Shown here: positions 53,110 to 64,000 of the stretch, in pieces
How positions within the stretch are numbered: the first letter of the stretch is position 1
Layout: every line of letters starts with the position of its first letter
Source: Guillardia theta CCMP2712
Taxonomy: Eukaryota; Protista; Cryptophyta
DNA length: 64,000 bases
Direction: 5' to 3'
Assembly: GCF_000315625.1 (NCBI RefSeq)
Contig: NW_005434651.1
Span: 727,313 to 791,312 of the forward strand
Notes under the pieces: model-generated
Database searches by the model: none
Told to the model about the DNA's origin: nothing
Seen by the model: the letters and a program-made list of their open reading frames with translations, nothing else
Program-made: the position numbers and the translations under genes

Positions 53110-53820
53110 TCTCCTGCTCCTGCTCTTACTCCTGGTGCTCCCGAAACAAGACCACATACAACCCCTACCCTGTCATCGACACAAAAGAATTGATCGAAGA
53201 TGGGGTGGGGTTATAGTGGCGAAATGGCGGGAAGGATTTGTAGCAACTTTGAAAAGCGACAATGGGGAAGGGAAGGGGAACGAAGGGAGGAGGAGAGGCA
53301 GGAGGAGGAGAGGCAGGAGTAGGAGGGGGAAGTTATGATGGTGTGCTTGGGAGGGTGCGAGCGAGCGAGGAGGGAGCGAGGAGGGAGCGAGGAGGGAGGG
53401 AGGGAGGGAGGGAGGGAGGGAGGGAGGGAGGGAGGGAGGGAGCTAGGGAGGGAGAGGGAGGGAGCGAGGGAGCGAGGGAGCGAGTGAGGGATCGAGGATG
53501 GTGGGATCTAGGGATTTATTTTTTGGATGTTTGTTTTTTTTTTTTTTTTTTTTNNNNNNNNNNNNNNNNNNNNNNNNNNNNNNNNNNNNNNNNNNNNNNN
53601 NNNNNNNNNNNNNNNNNNNNNNNNNNNNNNNNNNNNNNNNNNNNNNNNNNNNNGGGAGGGAGAGAGAGAGAGAGAGACTGTGTGTTTCCTCGCGAATGAT
53701 CATCTCGGGCACAAGGCTGTTTGTTACACATGCTTCGTCCTGACATCCTTCGTCCCTGCAGTGGCTGGCCATGTCGTGAAGTTAAGGTCCCCGCCTTCTG
53801 CTCGTGACAAGAACGCGATC

Positions 53821-56800
53821 ATGGTGTCGGACAGCGACAAGTCTCTTTTCCAGCAGTTGATCGAGGAAGCAGGCTGCCATTTCGAGCAGAGCTGCGTTCG
53901 CATCTCTGCAGCCCCGGGGTCGATCCGGCAGAGGTTGGAGAAGAGGCTGGGATACGACAGCAACGCGCAGGCAGACTTCATGCAGGGCCTTGAGACCTTC
54001 GTCGAGGATCCAGAGCACTTGAAGCTGATGCTCCTTCCTGCCAGGCCCTCTCAGGAGCACTCGGGCCCACAGAGCCTCGACTGCCTGGTGAAGATCTTGC
54101 TCGGGGTGTGGGCGGTTCAGCCAAGGCTGGTCCAGCTACTCTTCGACAAGATCCCCGAGTACTTTGACAGCCATGACAAGGAGCTATCCTTCCGGGAGAG
54201 CGTGCCCCGGCTCATCCTCTCCCAGCTGAAGTGGATTGAGTCAGTTCACCCCGAGTCCGACCTGACGTCGAGGCTCCTGCAGCTCATCGACATCGCTCCC
54301 CTTGCCATCCGGCTGGACGCCATCAACATCATCCCAGAGATCGTGATGGACTGTGACCATGCTGGCGTTGTGTCCAACCTGCACAATGTCATGCAGACAG
54401 AGCCCGAGTGTACCAACGCTGTCCTAGACGTGCTCTCGAACCTCAATTTGGACAGCACCCTGCTGTTGGACGTTCATGATAAACTCAAGGATTTGCTCCG
54501 ATCTGCTTCAAGCCACGACCTGCCAATGGTTGTGCGATATCTGCTGCAATCTACAACTCCAGAGTTTGCTAGAAGCACAGTGTCGGAGCTCAGGAGGCAG
54601 CTGAATTCGGTTTCTGTCGTTCCAGTCAGTGGCAGCGTTCGATTCTCTCAGACCGTCGAGGCCTCTCACATGCAGCACGAGACTCTGATATTCGAGGCAA
54701 TCTCAACAGGTCTGAAGTTCCGCAAGTACATCATAGCCGCGCTCCTGTCAGAGATCAAGTCGGTGACCCGGGCTGAGGACCACCAGCCGTTTGATCTGTG
54801 GGCCCTGGTTGTCATCCGATCGTTGGTGGAGGAGAGGAGACAGAGTGAGATCGATCGAGTTTTCAAGAGCAGGGTCGAGCAAAAGCTGTTCACCCTCACT
54901 TTCGTCAAAGAGAGTGTGAACCAGTTTAAGCATGCGTTGAAACCGCACTTCAAACATGCATGTCTCATCGCTGACTCGCTGATTCGTTCCCCTGAGTTTC
55001 ACCTGGCCTCGTTCGGTGGGGATCTGTACATCACCTTGTTCCATTGTTTCTCGGACGAGTACTCCCGCCAGGAGATCCTCGGGAACATTCTGACGCATAC
55101 TGGAGGCGGTAATGATGATCAGATTGACGTTGCTCTGGACGTTCTGCTCACCCTGTCCCAATCGAGTTGCCAGGCTCTCCGGCCGTTCTCAGTCTTCATC
55201 AAGGGAGTTCTCGATTACCTGGAGAATTTCAAAGACTCGCACATCCGCAAGTTGTTTCGGATCCTGAGCATCTTGAGCATAACATCGGCTGACAACGAGG
55301 CCGCAAGGCTCGATGATGAGGTCTTCATCCACATCCGGAAGCTGCTGTCAAGTCCTCGATCTCGCCTGATGCAGCATGGAGTCATTGGCGCAGTTTCAGC
55401 GGTGATGTCTCTCTCCATGATCAACAACGCACAGGCCGATGAGGAGCACGCTAGCCAGCTATCGACGAAGCGCTCGAGGACCGATCAGGCTGTCAGTCTG
55501 CTTGAGACGGTCAAGGTGAACTGTGCCAGCTCCAGTCATTCTGTCATCTTCCTGTACGACGAGCTAGCGACCGCTTTGGACAATGCTGAAAGACAGCAAG
55601 TAGCGGTGAAGGCGTCTACTCTAGAGTGGATCAATGAGAATCTGACCAGCGAGCTCGAGGAGAAATTTCTGGACGACGTTCCCGAGAACCTTGAGACAGA
55701 AGGCTTGAAGGCTCTGCATCCCACGCTCCCTGTGGCACTCGATTACAACCTAGACGGCAGTGACGCGCAAGTCTACCTCAAGCTCCTCCCGATGCTCAAC
55801 TCTAGGACTGCAGGAGACACCTCAGTACAGAAGATGTGCGCGCTGCTGAGGCTGATGCAGACGACTGAAAGAGCCTCCAACGACGGCAAACTCGGTGGGA
55901 TCGATGCGCTCCTTGGCTGTCCGATCTTGTTCTTCGAGGAGCAAGTGCTGGACAGCCTCGAAGACAAGACTGTGAGCGAGCGCAACCAGATCGCCCTCCT
56001 CCTCTTCCACACCAGCAACTGGTTCATCGAGCTGCTGAATGCATTCGGGTGCCAGGAGGAGGAGGAGATGAGGTCCAAGTGCGCTACCAGGGCCAACCAG
56101 CTGCTGGAGATGCTCGAGAAGTTGGATGAGATCCTCCGGATCCACTCGCTGGTCCTGCCGAGGCTCGGGAGCTGCCCGCACGAGGTTTCCAACGGCCATC
56201 AGAACGAGGGGAGGAAGCGTGAGATGAACAAGGAGAACTTGAAGCCTGTCAAGGCGAAGAAGCAGAAGAAGACGAGTCAAGTCGAGGACGGGGAGGGGAG
56301 GGAGGGAGTGGTGCAGCTATCAGCCGCAAGTTGCCTGACGGACCAGATCTGTTCGAGTGTCGGGAACACTGCCGCGCACCAGAACAAGTCGAAGCTGCAG
56401 GTGGCCTCTACCTTCGGATTCTTCACTGAGATGCACAACCTGCGCGCCATGTCGACCTCGTTCAGAGAGTTCGAGCTCGACGCCCTCAGCATCCTCAACT
56501 CCCAGGGCGTTCTCCTCTCCCCCAAGGCCCTCCTCGCTGCTCTGCAGGAGCTCTGGTGTCAGCTGAATCACGTGCTGGTAACCAAGAAGCACTCTCCCTT
56601 CTTCAAAGCTTCCAACGGTCACCTCAGGATCAAGAGGATCGAGCCTGGCTCTTACCTGGACCAGCTCGTGCAGCTCTGGCCAGCCATGCGCTCCCTGTTC
56701 GTGAACCTGTCACAGCAACTTGGAGCCTCTGAGGAGACGATGGACATAGACAACGACGAAATCTTGCTCAACACAACCGTGATAGACTGCCTTTACATGT

Positions 56801-58137
56801 TGATCTCTATCGTCAACAAGTGCATCCAGTACTCCATGGCCAACGGCCTCGGGGTCGATCCCCTGCTTGCAAAGTTCAAGGAGTTTCCAGCAGGGCAGGG
56901 CGGGGAGGAGGCCTCGAACCAAGTTTCTGCCTTCAACTTCTTTGCAGAGCCAGTCAAGCAGTTCCCAACCTTCTCCCTGACCTCCTCCTGCGTGTTCCTC
57001 CTCTCCAACATCGCGTCCTCGGGAGACAACGAGGTGCTCCGGGAGCAGGTCAGCGCTTTTGCCCTGTGGTGTCTCCGGCAGAAGTGGCCGGACGTGCCGC
57101 AGAAGCCAGCCGAGCGAGAGACCCTCTGCAACCTGCTCAAGGTGTACGTGAAGTTTTCCAGCTGCAGCCTCAGCTGCGTCTCGCTGATCACCAAGGAGCT
57201 CCTGTACGAGATCGACCCAAGTCACCGCAAGGGAGTGACTTACGTGGACGGATACCCTTCGATCACGTCGCAGAACTTCGTCAGCTTCTTTGCGATCCTC
57301 ATGGAGACAATGTGGTCGGTGTTGAGAGAAAGTTCTCGATGCTGCTCTAACCTTGCTCCTCAGCTCGATCTTCGCCAAGATCGAAGAGGAGAACTCCGGC
57401 AAGAAGACGGAGCCTGACGGCTTCATCCCGACGCTGACAACGGCGGTAGAGTGCTTTGTAAGATGTAGGCTATCTGTCCGCACGCAACCTCACCGTCCCC
57501 AGGTGCAGCTGGTGAACTTGACCAAGACCTGGGAGGACTCCAGTGTCCTCATACACTGCCTCAAGTTCGGCAACAAGATCGTCTCCTCCTTCATCAGGCT
57601 CGTCCCGTCGTTGAACGCCTGCTTCAAACAGCAGCAAGACACCATCCAGCCCCTCCTCAAGACTTTCCAGGTCCTCTTCCTCCCCTCCCAGCGCCCTCAC
57701 TTGACCAGCCTCGCTCAGACCAGCACGCGAGTGCTCCAGCACATCTGCGCGCACGGGAAGGTGCAGCAGGAGAAGAGGATGGTCAAGAGCGTGCCCTACC
57801 TCAAGAAGAACCTGGAGAGGATAATCTTCAAGGTGAAGGCGATGCTCGACAACCACGGCTGCCTCTCCGCCTTCTGGCTGGGGAACCTGAAGCATCGGAA
57901 CCTGCAAGGGGAGGAGGTAGGAGAGGTCGGCCGTTGCCCGGCTCCTTGCGTCTGAGAGCTCCCCAGGTCTGCAGTCAAGCTGTCGAGTCCTCGTCGGATG
58001 AGGCGCAGGAGGTTGGGGTAAGGAGCTGCTGGGAGCGAGCGAGTGACGGGGTGGTGCAGGAGGAGGCAGACGAGACAGGAGGAGACACGGAGTCGGCAGA
58101 CGAGGATGAGGAGGGGGAGGATGGGGAAGGGGAGTGA
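53821..58137 (+). CDS. FANCD2: Fanconi anemia group D2 protein
   Basis: PRLILSQLKWIE, LDAINIIPEIV, RQEILGNILTH, DDEVFIHIRKLLSS (monoubiquitination Lys context), LGGIDALLGCPI, HICAHGK and AFWLGNLKHRNLQGEEV. About 3.5-kb first exon followed by short introns. Confidence 0.95.
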
Positions 58138-58245
58138 GCGGCATGGTTGTCATATCGCATTGGTTTTGCCTTTTGTTTCATTCGCTTCCCAATTTTCTCT
58201 TGTAAATTTATCCTGATCTTGCCAGGTTCTCTATCAGTTGCAGTA

Positions 58246-58896
58246 TCAACCCGCCTGCTGCTCCTCCCTCCTGCTCTTCCTCTCCTCCATCCTCCTCAGC
58301 CTCCGCGTCGCCCTGAATCTTTCCAGCCGCTCGTTGACGGGCTCGTCCTCGTCCTTCTCCTTCATTCGCTGCAGAAACGCCTTGTCTTCTTCCGTCAGCT
58401 CCTGCGACTGCCTTGGGGGCTCGGCGGCGATGGCCCTCATTTCCTTTCGGATCTCGTCGAAGACGGAGCCAGGGACGCGCCGACTAGTCTGGGAGCTCAT
58501 GATCGGCGTCAGCATCAACTTGATGCTGTCGTACTCCGCGTCAAGCTCCTCCCTCTTCTTGTCGTACTCTGCCTTGCTCTTTTTTTTCTCGGCCTTGTAC
58601 TGTTTGCTCTTCATCATGATCTCTCGGTACCTCCTGTACCTCTCCTTTTTCATCTCCTTATTCTTCTTCTCCTCTGGTTCCAGCCTCGTGGGCTGCTCAT
58701 TTTTTCGCCTCCCCCCTCCTCGGATATGTCGTACTGCACATCGCCCGTGCAGGCAAACGAGGAGACAGGGTGTGAGCATGCTTGGTGTGGCCTGGACACG
58801 TCCTTGTGGGGAGGCTGAAAGTGGGGTGAAGAGAGAGAATAGGAGAATGGGAAGGAGGAGGAAAAGGAGGAGGGAGTTGCAAGGAAATGGCTTCAT
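58246..58896 (-). CDS. Hypothetical signal-peptide protein with RxRGG motif and basic coiled-coil region
   Basis: MKPFPCNSLLLFLLLPILLFSLFTPLSA signal peptide; VRHIRGGG; K/E/R-rich helix. Confidence 0.65.
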   Translation of the reverse strand: MKPFPCNSLLLFLLLPILLFSLFTPLSASPQGRVQATPSMLTPCLLVCLHGRCAVRHIRGGGRRKNEQPTRLEPEEKKNKEMKKERYRRYREIMMKSKQYKAEKKKSKAEYDKKREELDAEYDSIKLMLTPIMSSQTSRRVPGSVFDEIRKEMRAIAAEPPRQSQELTEEDKAFLQRMKEKDEDEPVNERLERFRATRRLRRMEERKSRREEQQAG

Positions 58897-59944
58897 CCTT
58901 GTAAGACGACCACAACCTCCTCTGTGAGATCTTGGTAGCGCCGCAGTAATTCTGAGAAGCAACAAGATGATGATGGATGTTGGATCGGAGAACAGGATCA
59001 GCCAGTCAAGATCATGACAAAGATGATGAAGATGACGACGATGACGATGATGACGATGATGTGCACGACAACACCCCGGTTCCTCCTCCCTTTTCCGCCA
59101 TGCACGCTGCCATCCTGCAGATGCAAAATAGGGGGGTGGGGGGTCATCCATAGCACTGTGATCACCCCCCTTATCCATATGAAACAATGGGGTAGATAAA
59201 GTGGCAAACCACCCTCGATGCCAGTAGTGAGCGTGTAGCCGCATCATCGAGAGCGAGCCCCTCATACAGCACGCTCCAAGGCTCCCCGACATCCGATCGG
59301 TGATCTTAACTTGCCAGTGGCCGGGCCGACCGGCCTCCGGGCCCGGACCGACATCTCAGTGCCCCCGGACATGTTCCATGTGATCACCATGCACGGTTGC
59401 CCTCACCCGTGAGAGAATGAATCATGGGATCCGACTCACCGGGACATGGTACAATTGAACCTCCGGGGGTTGCTTCGCTAACACTGAGCGACCTCTTCAT
59501 CTCGCGCCCCATCATGGCATGGCATCCCTCCTCATGGCATGCATCCCGCTCCGTTAGTAGCATGAGCGTTCAAGAGTCCCCGGGTCCCGCTCGCCCCCCG
59601 CCATTGTCCGTGGCATCGCACTGAACAAGTTTACAGGATTCTGCCAGTCATTTTCATCGAATGTTCTATTTTAGCCGGAGTTTGCCATCGTTTAGCCGAA
59701 CTCTACTTAATTTAGCTACATTCCTCCTAAAAATGGCTCGTAATAAGGTGGTTCACACTGATTTTAACCTGACAGTGACCACTTTTAACCTGATTGTGGA
59801 GGGATACAGAAGGGAGTCCGTCACTTTAAGGCTAATGCAAAAGGAAAAGCTTCATTTCTGGTCGATTGGACCTAATTTCCTTGAAATTAAGGAAGATCTG
59901 CCTTAAATTTAGACAAACTCCTGCTAACCCATGATTGGGGAGGA

Positions 59945-59978
59945 GATCGAAACGTTCCAATAAGTCAACGTTTCGATC
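59945..59978. repeat. Perfect 12-bp inverted repeat with 10-nt spacer
   Basis: GATCGAAACGTT-ccaataagtc-AACGTTTCGATC. Confidence 0.9.
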
Positions 59979-60165
59979 CTAAATACGTTACAAAACGTTA
60001 CGGCCACCGAATGGCCCCATAGAGAATCTGGAGGAAAATGCGAAAAGAGTTTTTTTCGTTAATGAATATAGTTTTAAAGAATTGTACCTGGACTGACTTT
60101 TAAGGGCACAAGGAGGACTTGCAAGGAGCTTTCCATCGTCAAGTTAGAGAGGAACAGCGACAGGG

Positions 60166-60196
<31 letters not shown>

Positions 60197-60366
60197 TGAA
60201 CAAGGGCAAGAACAAGTGCAAGTGCAAGAACAAGTGCAAGAGCAAGTACAGGAACAGGAACAAAGTCAGTGAGTTCGACTGATACAAGAACTATTACAAG
60301 AACAACTACCGTTTGAGGCTCTGAACCCAATCTAGCTGGATTATCCTTGTGCTTGAGCCCAGCGCC

Positions 60367-61573
60367 ATGTGCCTGTACTCGCAGCTGTTGATCACCAGCA
60401 TGCCCCCTCGAGAGCATCCGGCCTTGTCGCAACTTGCGCATGCTGGTGGTGACTACTGCCAGTTCTGCGCGCCAACAGCTGAGGGTTTTACAGCTGAGTC
60501 CGTCAAGACTTTCTTTCAAGCTCGACCCCTACAAGCCCAGGTAGGAGGAGAAGCAACATGGTCGCTCCGACGGCTCATGTTCCTCCCTCAGATGCTCTCG
60601 GCGGTGGTCCTGAGCGTCCTGGCGGACCTCGTGGCCCAGATGATCTCAAGGCGCCGCGAGCGAGCACGGGGTATGGAGGATGCGGCACGGAGAGCTGGCT
60701 GAGCAGCAGCCGCAGGCGCTGCCGTTAGCTGGATGTCTGCCATAAGGCTCGCAGTCTGGTCCGTCGTCTGTACTCCCATGATCCATGCCTGGTAGGACGA
60801 GCACGCGCCCCCGACCCGTCCGTGACTGCTCCTCAGGTTGCGCCTGTTGGATGCCGTGCTGGGGAAGGGGACCAGCTGGAGTGTGGTGACTGAGAAGCTC
60901 TTGATGGACCAGGTGAAGTGAAGAGGTGGAGAAGTACGAGTGCGGGGCGGGGGCGGGGGCGAGGGCGAGGGCGAGGGCGAGGGCGAGGACGTGTTTCACG
61001 TTGGGACGATTCTGACGAGACCGCAGCTGTTCTGGGGTCCAACGTTTCTGCTCGCGTTCTTCACTTTCGTCGACCTTTGGGACTACTTGACTGGTCATCG
61101 GCAGCCCAGCTCCTTCCACCCCGTCCGGATGCTCCGGGAGAAAGTCCTTCCAACTCATCGCAGCGGCATGAGCTTCTGGATACCTGTGAGTGGAGGGAGG
61201 GAGGGAGAGAGAGAGGAGGGCTATGACTTCTGTGCAGGTTCATCTCTTCAACTTCGCTGCTGTGCCCTCCCACTTGCGGATCCTCACCATCAGCGCGGCA
61301 AACTTCATTTTCAACATCATGTATTCTCATTTTCCTCCCTCCCACTCCCCTTCCTGCACTCTTCTTGAAGCCTCTCCTCCTCTCTCCTCCTCCGCTCTCC
61401 TCCTCCTCTCTCCATCTCCTCCTCCTCTCTCCTCCTCCTCCTCCTCCTTTCCTTGACACTGAAGCGCCTCCAGGCTGGCTCTCCGAGCGAGCAGCAGCGG
61501 CACCTCCCCGCCGTCGATAAAGCTCAAGCAGCGCTCTGCGCGCTTCGCCTTCCCTCGGCGCATGCTACCTTAG
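60367..61573 (+). CDS. Mpv17/PMP22 family membrane protein (multi-exon)
   Basis: LADLVAQ, PMIHAW, KLLMDQ|LFWGP, FWIP|VHLFNFAAVPSHLRIL. Confidence 0.9.
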
Positions 61574-61690
61574 ACAGTAGCGACATAGTGTCTCCTCTTG
61601 CTTCTATACTTGTACTCTACATCATCATCAGTCTCCTCCTCAACCTCGACGTCCTCACCGTCGGGTCCCTGCCCTCCTCTCCTTGTTCCT

Positions 61691-63267
61691 CTACAGCCCC
61701 GGCGGCAGCTTCCAGTGCTGCAGCTGACCTTGGATGTAGTCCCGGAGTATCATGATGCCTCCTGCACAAGCGTCATCTCCCTCCCTCCCTCCCTCCCTCC
61801 CTCTCCCTCTTCCTACCCGTCCGCAAGTCAAGATTCCCGCTGTTCTGCTGATAGAACTTCCTCCTCCTGCAGGTCGTCAGCGAGTCGCCCACAGAGGAGG
61901 CGGGCAGACATGCAAAGGATACGCAGCAGGTCGTCAGCCGTGTAGACTTCCTGTGGGTAAGTGAGGGGAAGAGGGCGCAGGCTCGGCCCCCTCACGTTCT
62001 GGTTGTTGGCCGGAGTGTCGCAGATCATCTGCTGCCCCAGTCGCTCCAGCCGGATGGCGCGGACCTGGACGAAGGAGGTCAGAGGAAGGAGGAGCAGAGG
62101 AGCAGAGGAGCAGAGGAGGAAGGGGGGACGAGCGGGAGAGTCGAAGTGCAGGAGGGTCGAGGGGGAGCGGGAGTCTCGACGAGGAGCAGGAGGGTCGAAG
62201 AGGTGCGTCAGGCTCGAGGGCAAGAGCGGAGCAGGAGGGGAGGGCGTCACCATGTCCTGCGCGTTCCTGGCTCGGACGGGAGTGTTGAGCTTCGTGGGGA
62301 TCGCCAGCCCGCAGTGTCGCTCCATAACCTGTTGGTCCTTCAGCGCCGCCCGCCGCCCTCCTGCGTGACCTTGCGGGGCACAGACTCGCAGACAAGCTGC
62401 AGGGGCTCGACGACATCGCGGAGCGTGTGGATGGACAAGACGCCGTTGCAAACGAGATCAGCCTGCTCCCCGAGTCAACAGAGAAGAAGGGGAGGAGGGA
62501 GAAGGGACGGACAGACGAGGGAGGGACGGACAAGGGACGGAAGGACGAGGGAAGGAGGAGAAGGAGAAGGACGAGACAGAGGAGGACGAGCAGGAGGAGA
62601 AGAAGGATGACCTTGCTATTGATGACAGATGGAAAGACGATGCCAGGACAGTCGCACAAACAGATGTTCTTCCTTACAAAGATCGTCTGCAGTCAGGTCA
62701 AGTCAGGATCAGCCTGTTCCTGCTGCTGCTGCTGCTCCTCCTCCTCCTCCTCCTCCTCCTCCTCCTCCTCCTCCCTATCCTCCCTATCCTCCACCTCCCT
62801 ATCCTCCTCCTCCTGATCCTCCTCCTCTTCCTGCTCCTCCTCCGCACCTGTAGATGTTTCGTCTTTCCAGGGGAGGGGCCATGGGCGACTGAGATCCTCC
62901 GATCTCCTTCCTCCCTCCCAGCGGCGATGAGCGAGTTGATCACTGAGCTCTTCCCCACGTTGGGATACCCGACGAACCCAACGGTCAACCGCTGATGGTT
63001 CCCTGCTGAGAGCAGCATCAGAAGAGTCCTCCTCCCCCATTCCCCTCCCTCCCTCCCTCCCTCCCTCCCTCCCTCCCTCCCTCCCTCTTCCTTGCCTCCA
63101 TCCTTGGCCATCGCATCGAAGGCGACAAGCAGTCCGGTAGCATCTGTGCGGTAGCAAACATCAACAAATTCGCTTTCGTGCCTGCCTCACGTACTCAGAA
63201 TAACATGCTCCCCCTCCTGCGCCTGCCACTCAGCGTTCTTTGCTTGCTCCTGCTCCTGCTTCTGCTT

Positions 63268-63300
<33 letters not shown>

Positions 63301-64000
63301 GTGTCGGTTTTGCTCATCCTTCCCTCCATCAGCAGCTGGATCTCTGTCACGCTCAGGAGCAGCGCTGAAGAAGAAGAAGGGTAGCTTCTGCAGGAGGAGG
63401 AAGAAGTTTCAAAAAAAGGGGAGCACAGCAAGAATAGCCACCTGCTGCTGAAAGTACTTGACCCACTCTCTTCTCACTTCCTCTGGTACAAGATCAGCCT
63501 TGTTCAGCAGCAGGACGTTCGTCTTGGGCCGGCTGTGACGCTCCCCGTCCTCCTCCACTCTACTTTCATTGACGCCCTTCGCCATCAAGTCCTCTCCCTG
63601 CGTTTCCTCCTCAAACTTCCAGTCGTCAACGACATCGTCCGGGTCAGGGGCAGCGTCCGACCGCCATCTCCTCCGCTCTGAAGGCTCTTCCTCCTCCGCG
63701 TCTTCAGGCTTGAAATGCTTGAAGCGAAGTCAGCTACATCGGCACATCGGGCGGCAGAGCACCAAGGAGCGAGAGGAGATCAGGTGGACGAACTTCTCTA
63801 GCGAGGAAGAGCGGAAGAAGAGAGGGTCTCGGCAGTCCAACACCTGCTGCGAGTCAGATTCCCTGCTCTCCCTCCCATCAAGTCTCTTACTTGCACCACG
63901 ACGTCGCTCCTCTCCACAGTTCGCCACAGCTGCACGTTCATCGCAGTCACCATGACAACTCTCTCACTCTCATCCTGACTCTCCCTCCCCCTTCGCCCAA
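61691..64000 (-). CDS. LSG1: Circularly permuted large-subunit GTPase, LSG1-like (5'-partial)
   Basis: LDCRDPLFFRS, LLNKADL (G4), VGFVGYPNVGKSS (G1), PGKTKHLQT (G2), LCDCPGIVFPS (G3), KADLVCNGVLSI; ends ILRDYIQGQLQHWKLPPGL*. GNL1 is the alternative call. Confidence 0.85.

Noticed and set aside
53527-53820. N-terminal extension of the FANCD2 ORF through the gap
   Set aside because: Artefact of translating through poly-T and N. The true start is more likely at or near 53821.
50947-58137. Functional linkage (operon-like system) of the RelA/SpoT-like gene with FANCD2 or TFIIE
   Set aside because: This is a eukaryotic genome, there is no evidence of co-transcription, and an assembly gap lies on each side of the RelA/SpoT-like gene.

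Overview
Gene-dense, intron-rich eukaryotic nuclear DNA. Many ~50-nt spliceosomal introns, microsatellite-filled introns, bipartite plastid presequences and RWP-RK/HTH regulators suggest a cryptophyte-like alga such as Guillardia (inference, not verified). About 22 protein genes were reconstructed by manual splicing, so exon boundaries are approximate. Recognisable products are FANCD2, TFIIE-alpha, an LSG1-like GTPase, an ABCB half-transporter cut by an assembly gap, a cyclic-nucleotide-binding K+ channel, a JmjC hydroxylase, a Gfo/Idh/MocA oxidoreductase, Mpv17/PMP22, a TPM thylakoid protein, an ankyrin protein and an RWP-RK factor. The most interesting candidates are: (1) an intronless, receptor-like multi-pass membrane protein ending in a divergent RelA/SpoT-type synthetase domain (50947-52914); (2) a PPR protein fused to two PDZ-like domains and a 2H phosphoesterase; (3) a palmitoyl-protein thioesterase homologue with Gly at the catalytic Ser; (4) a micro-exon protein with internal repeats; (5) near-perfect strand alternation of genes, with divergent intergenic regions carrying GGGGTA/TACCCC clusters and a shared 18-bp element. 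No tRNA, rRNA, CRISPR array or transposon was recognised. There are six N-gaps.
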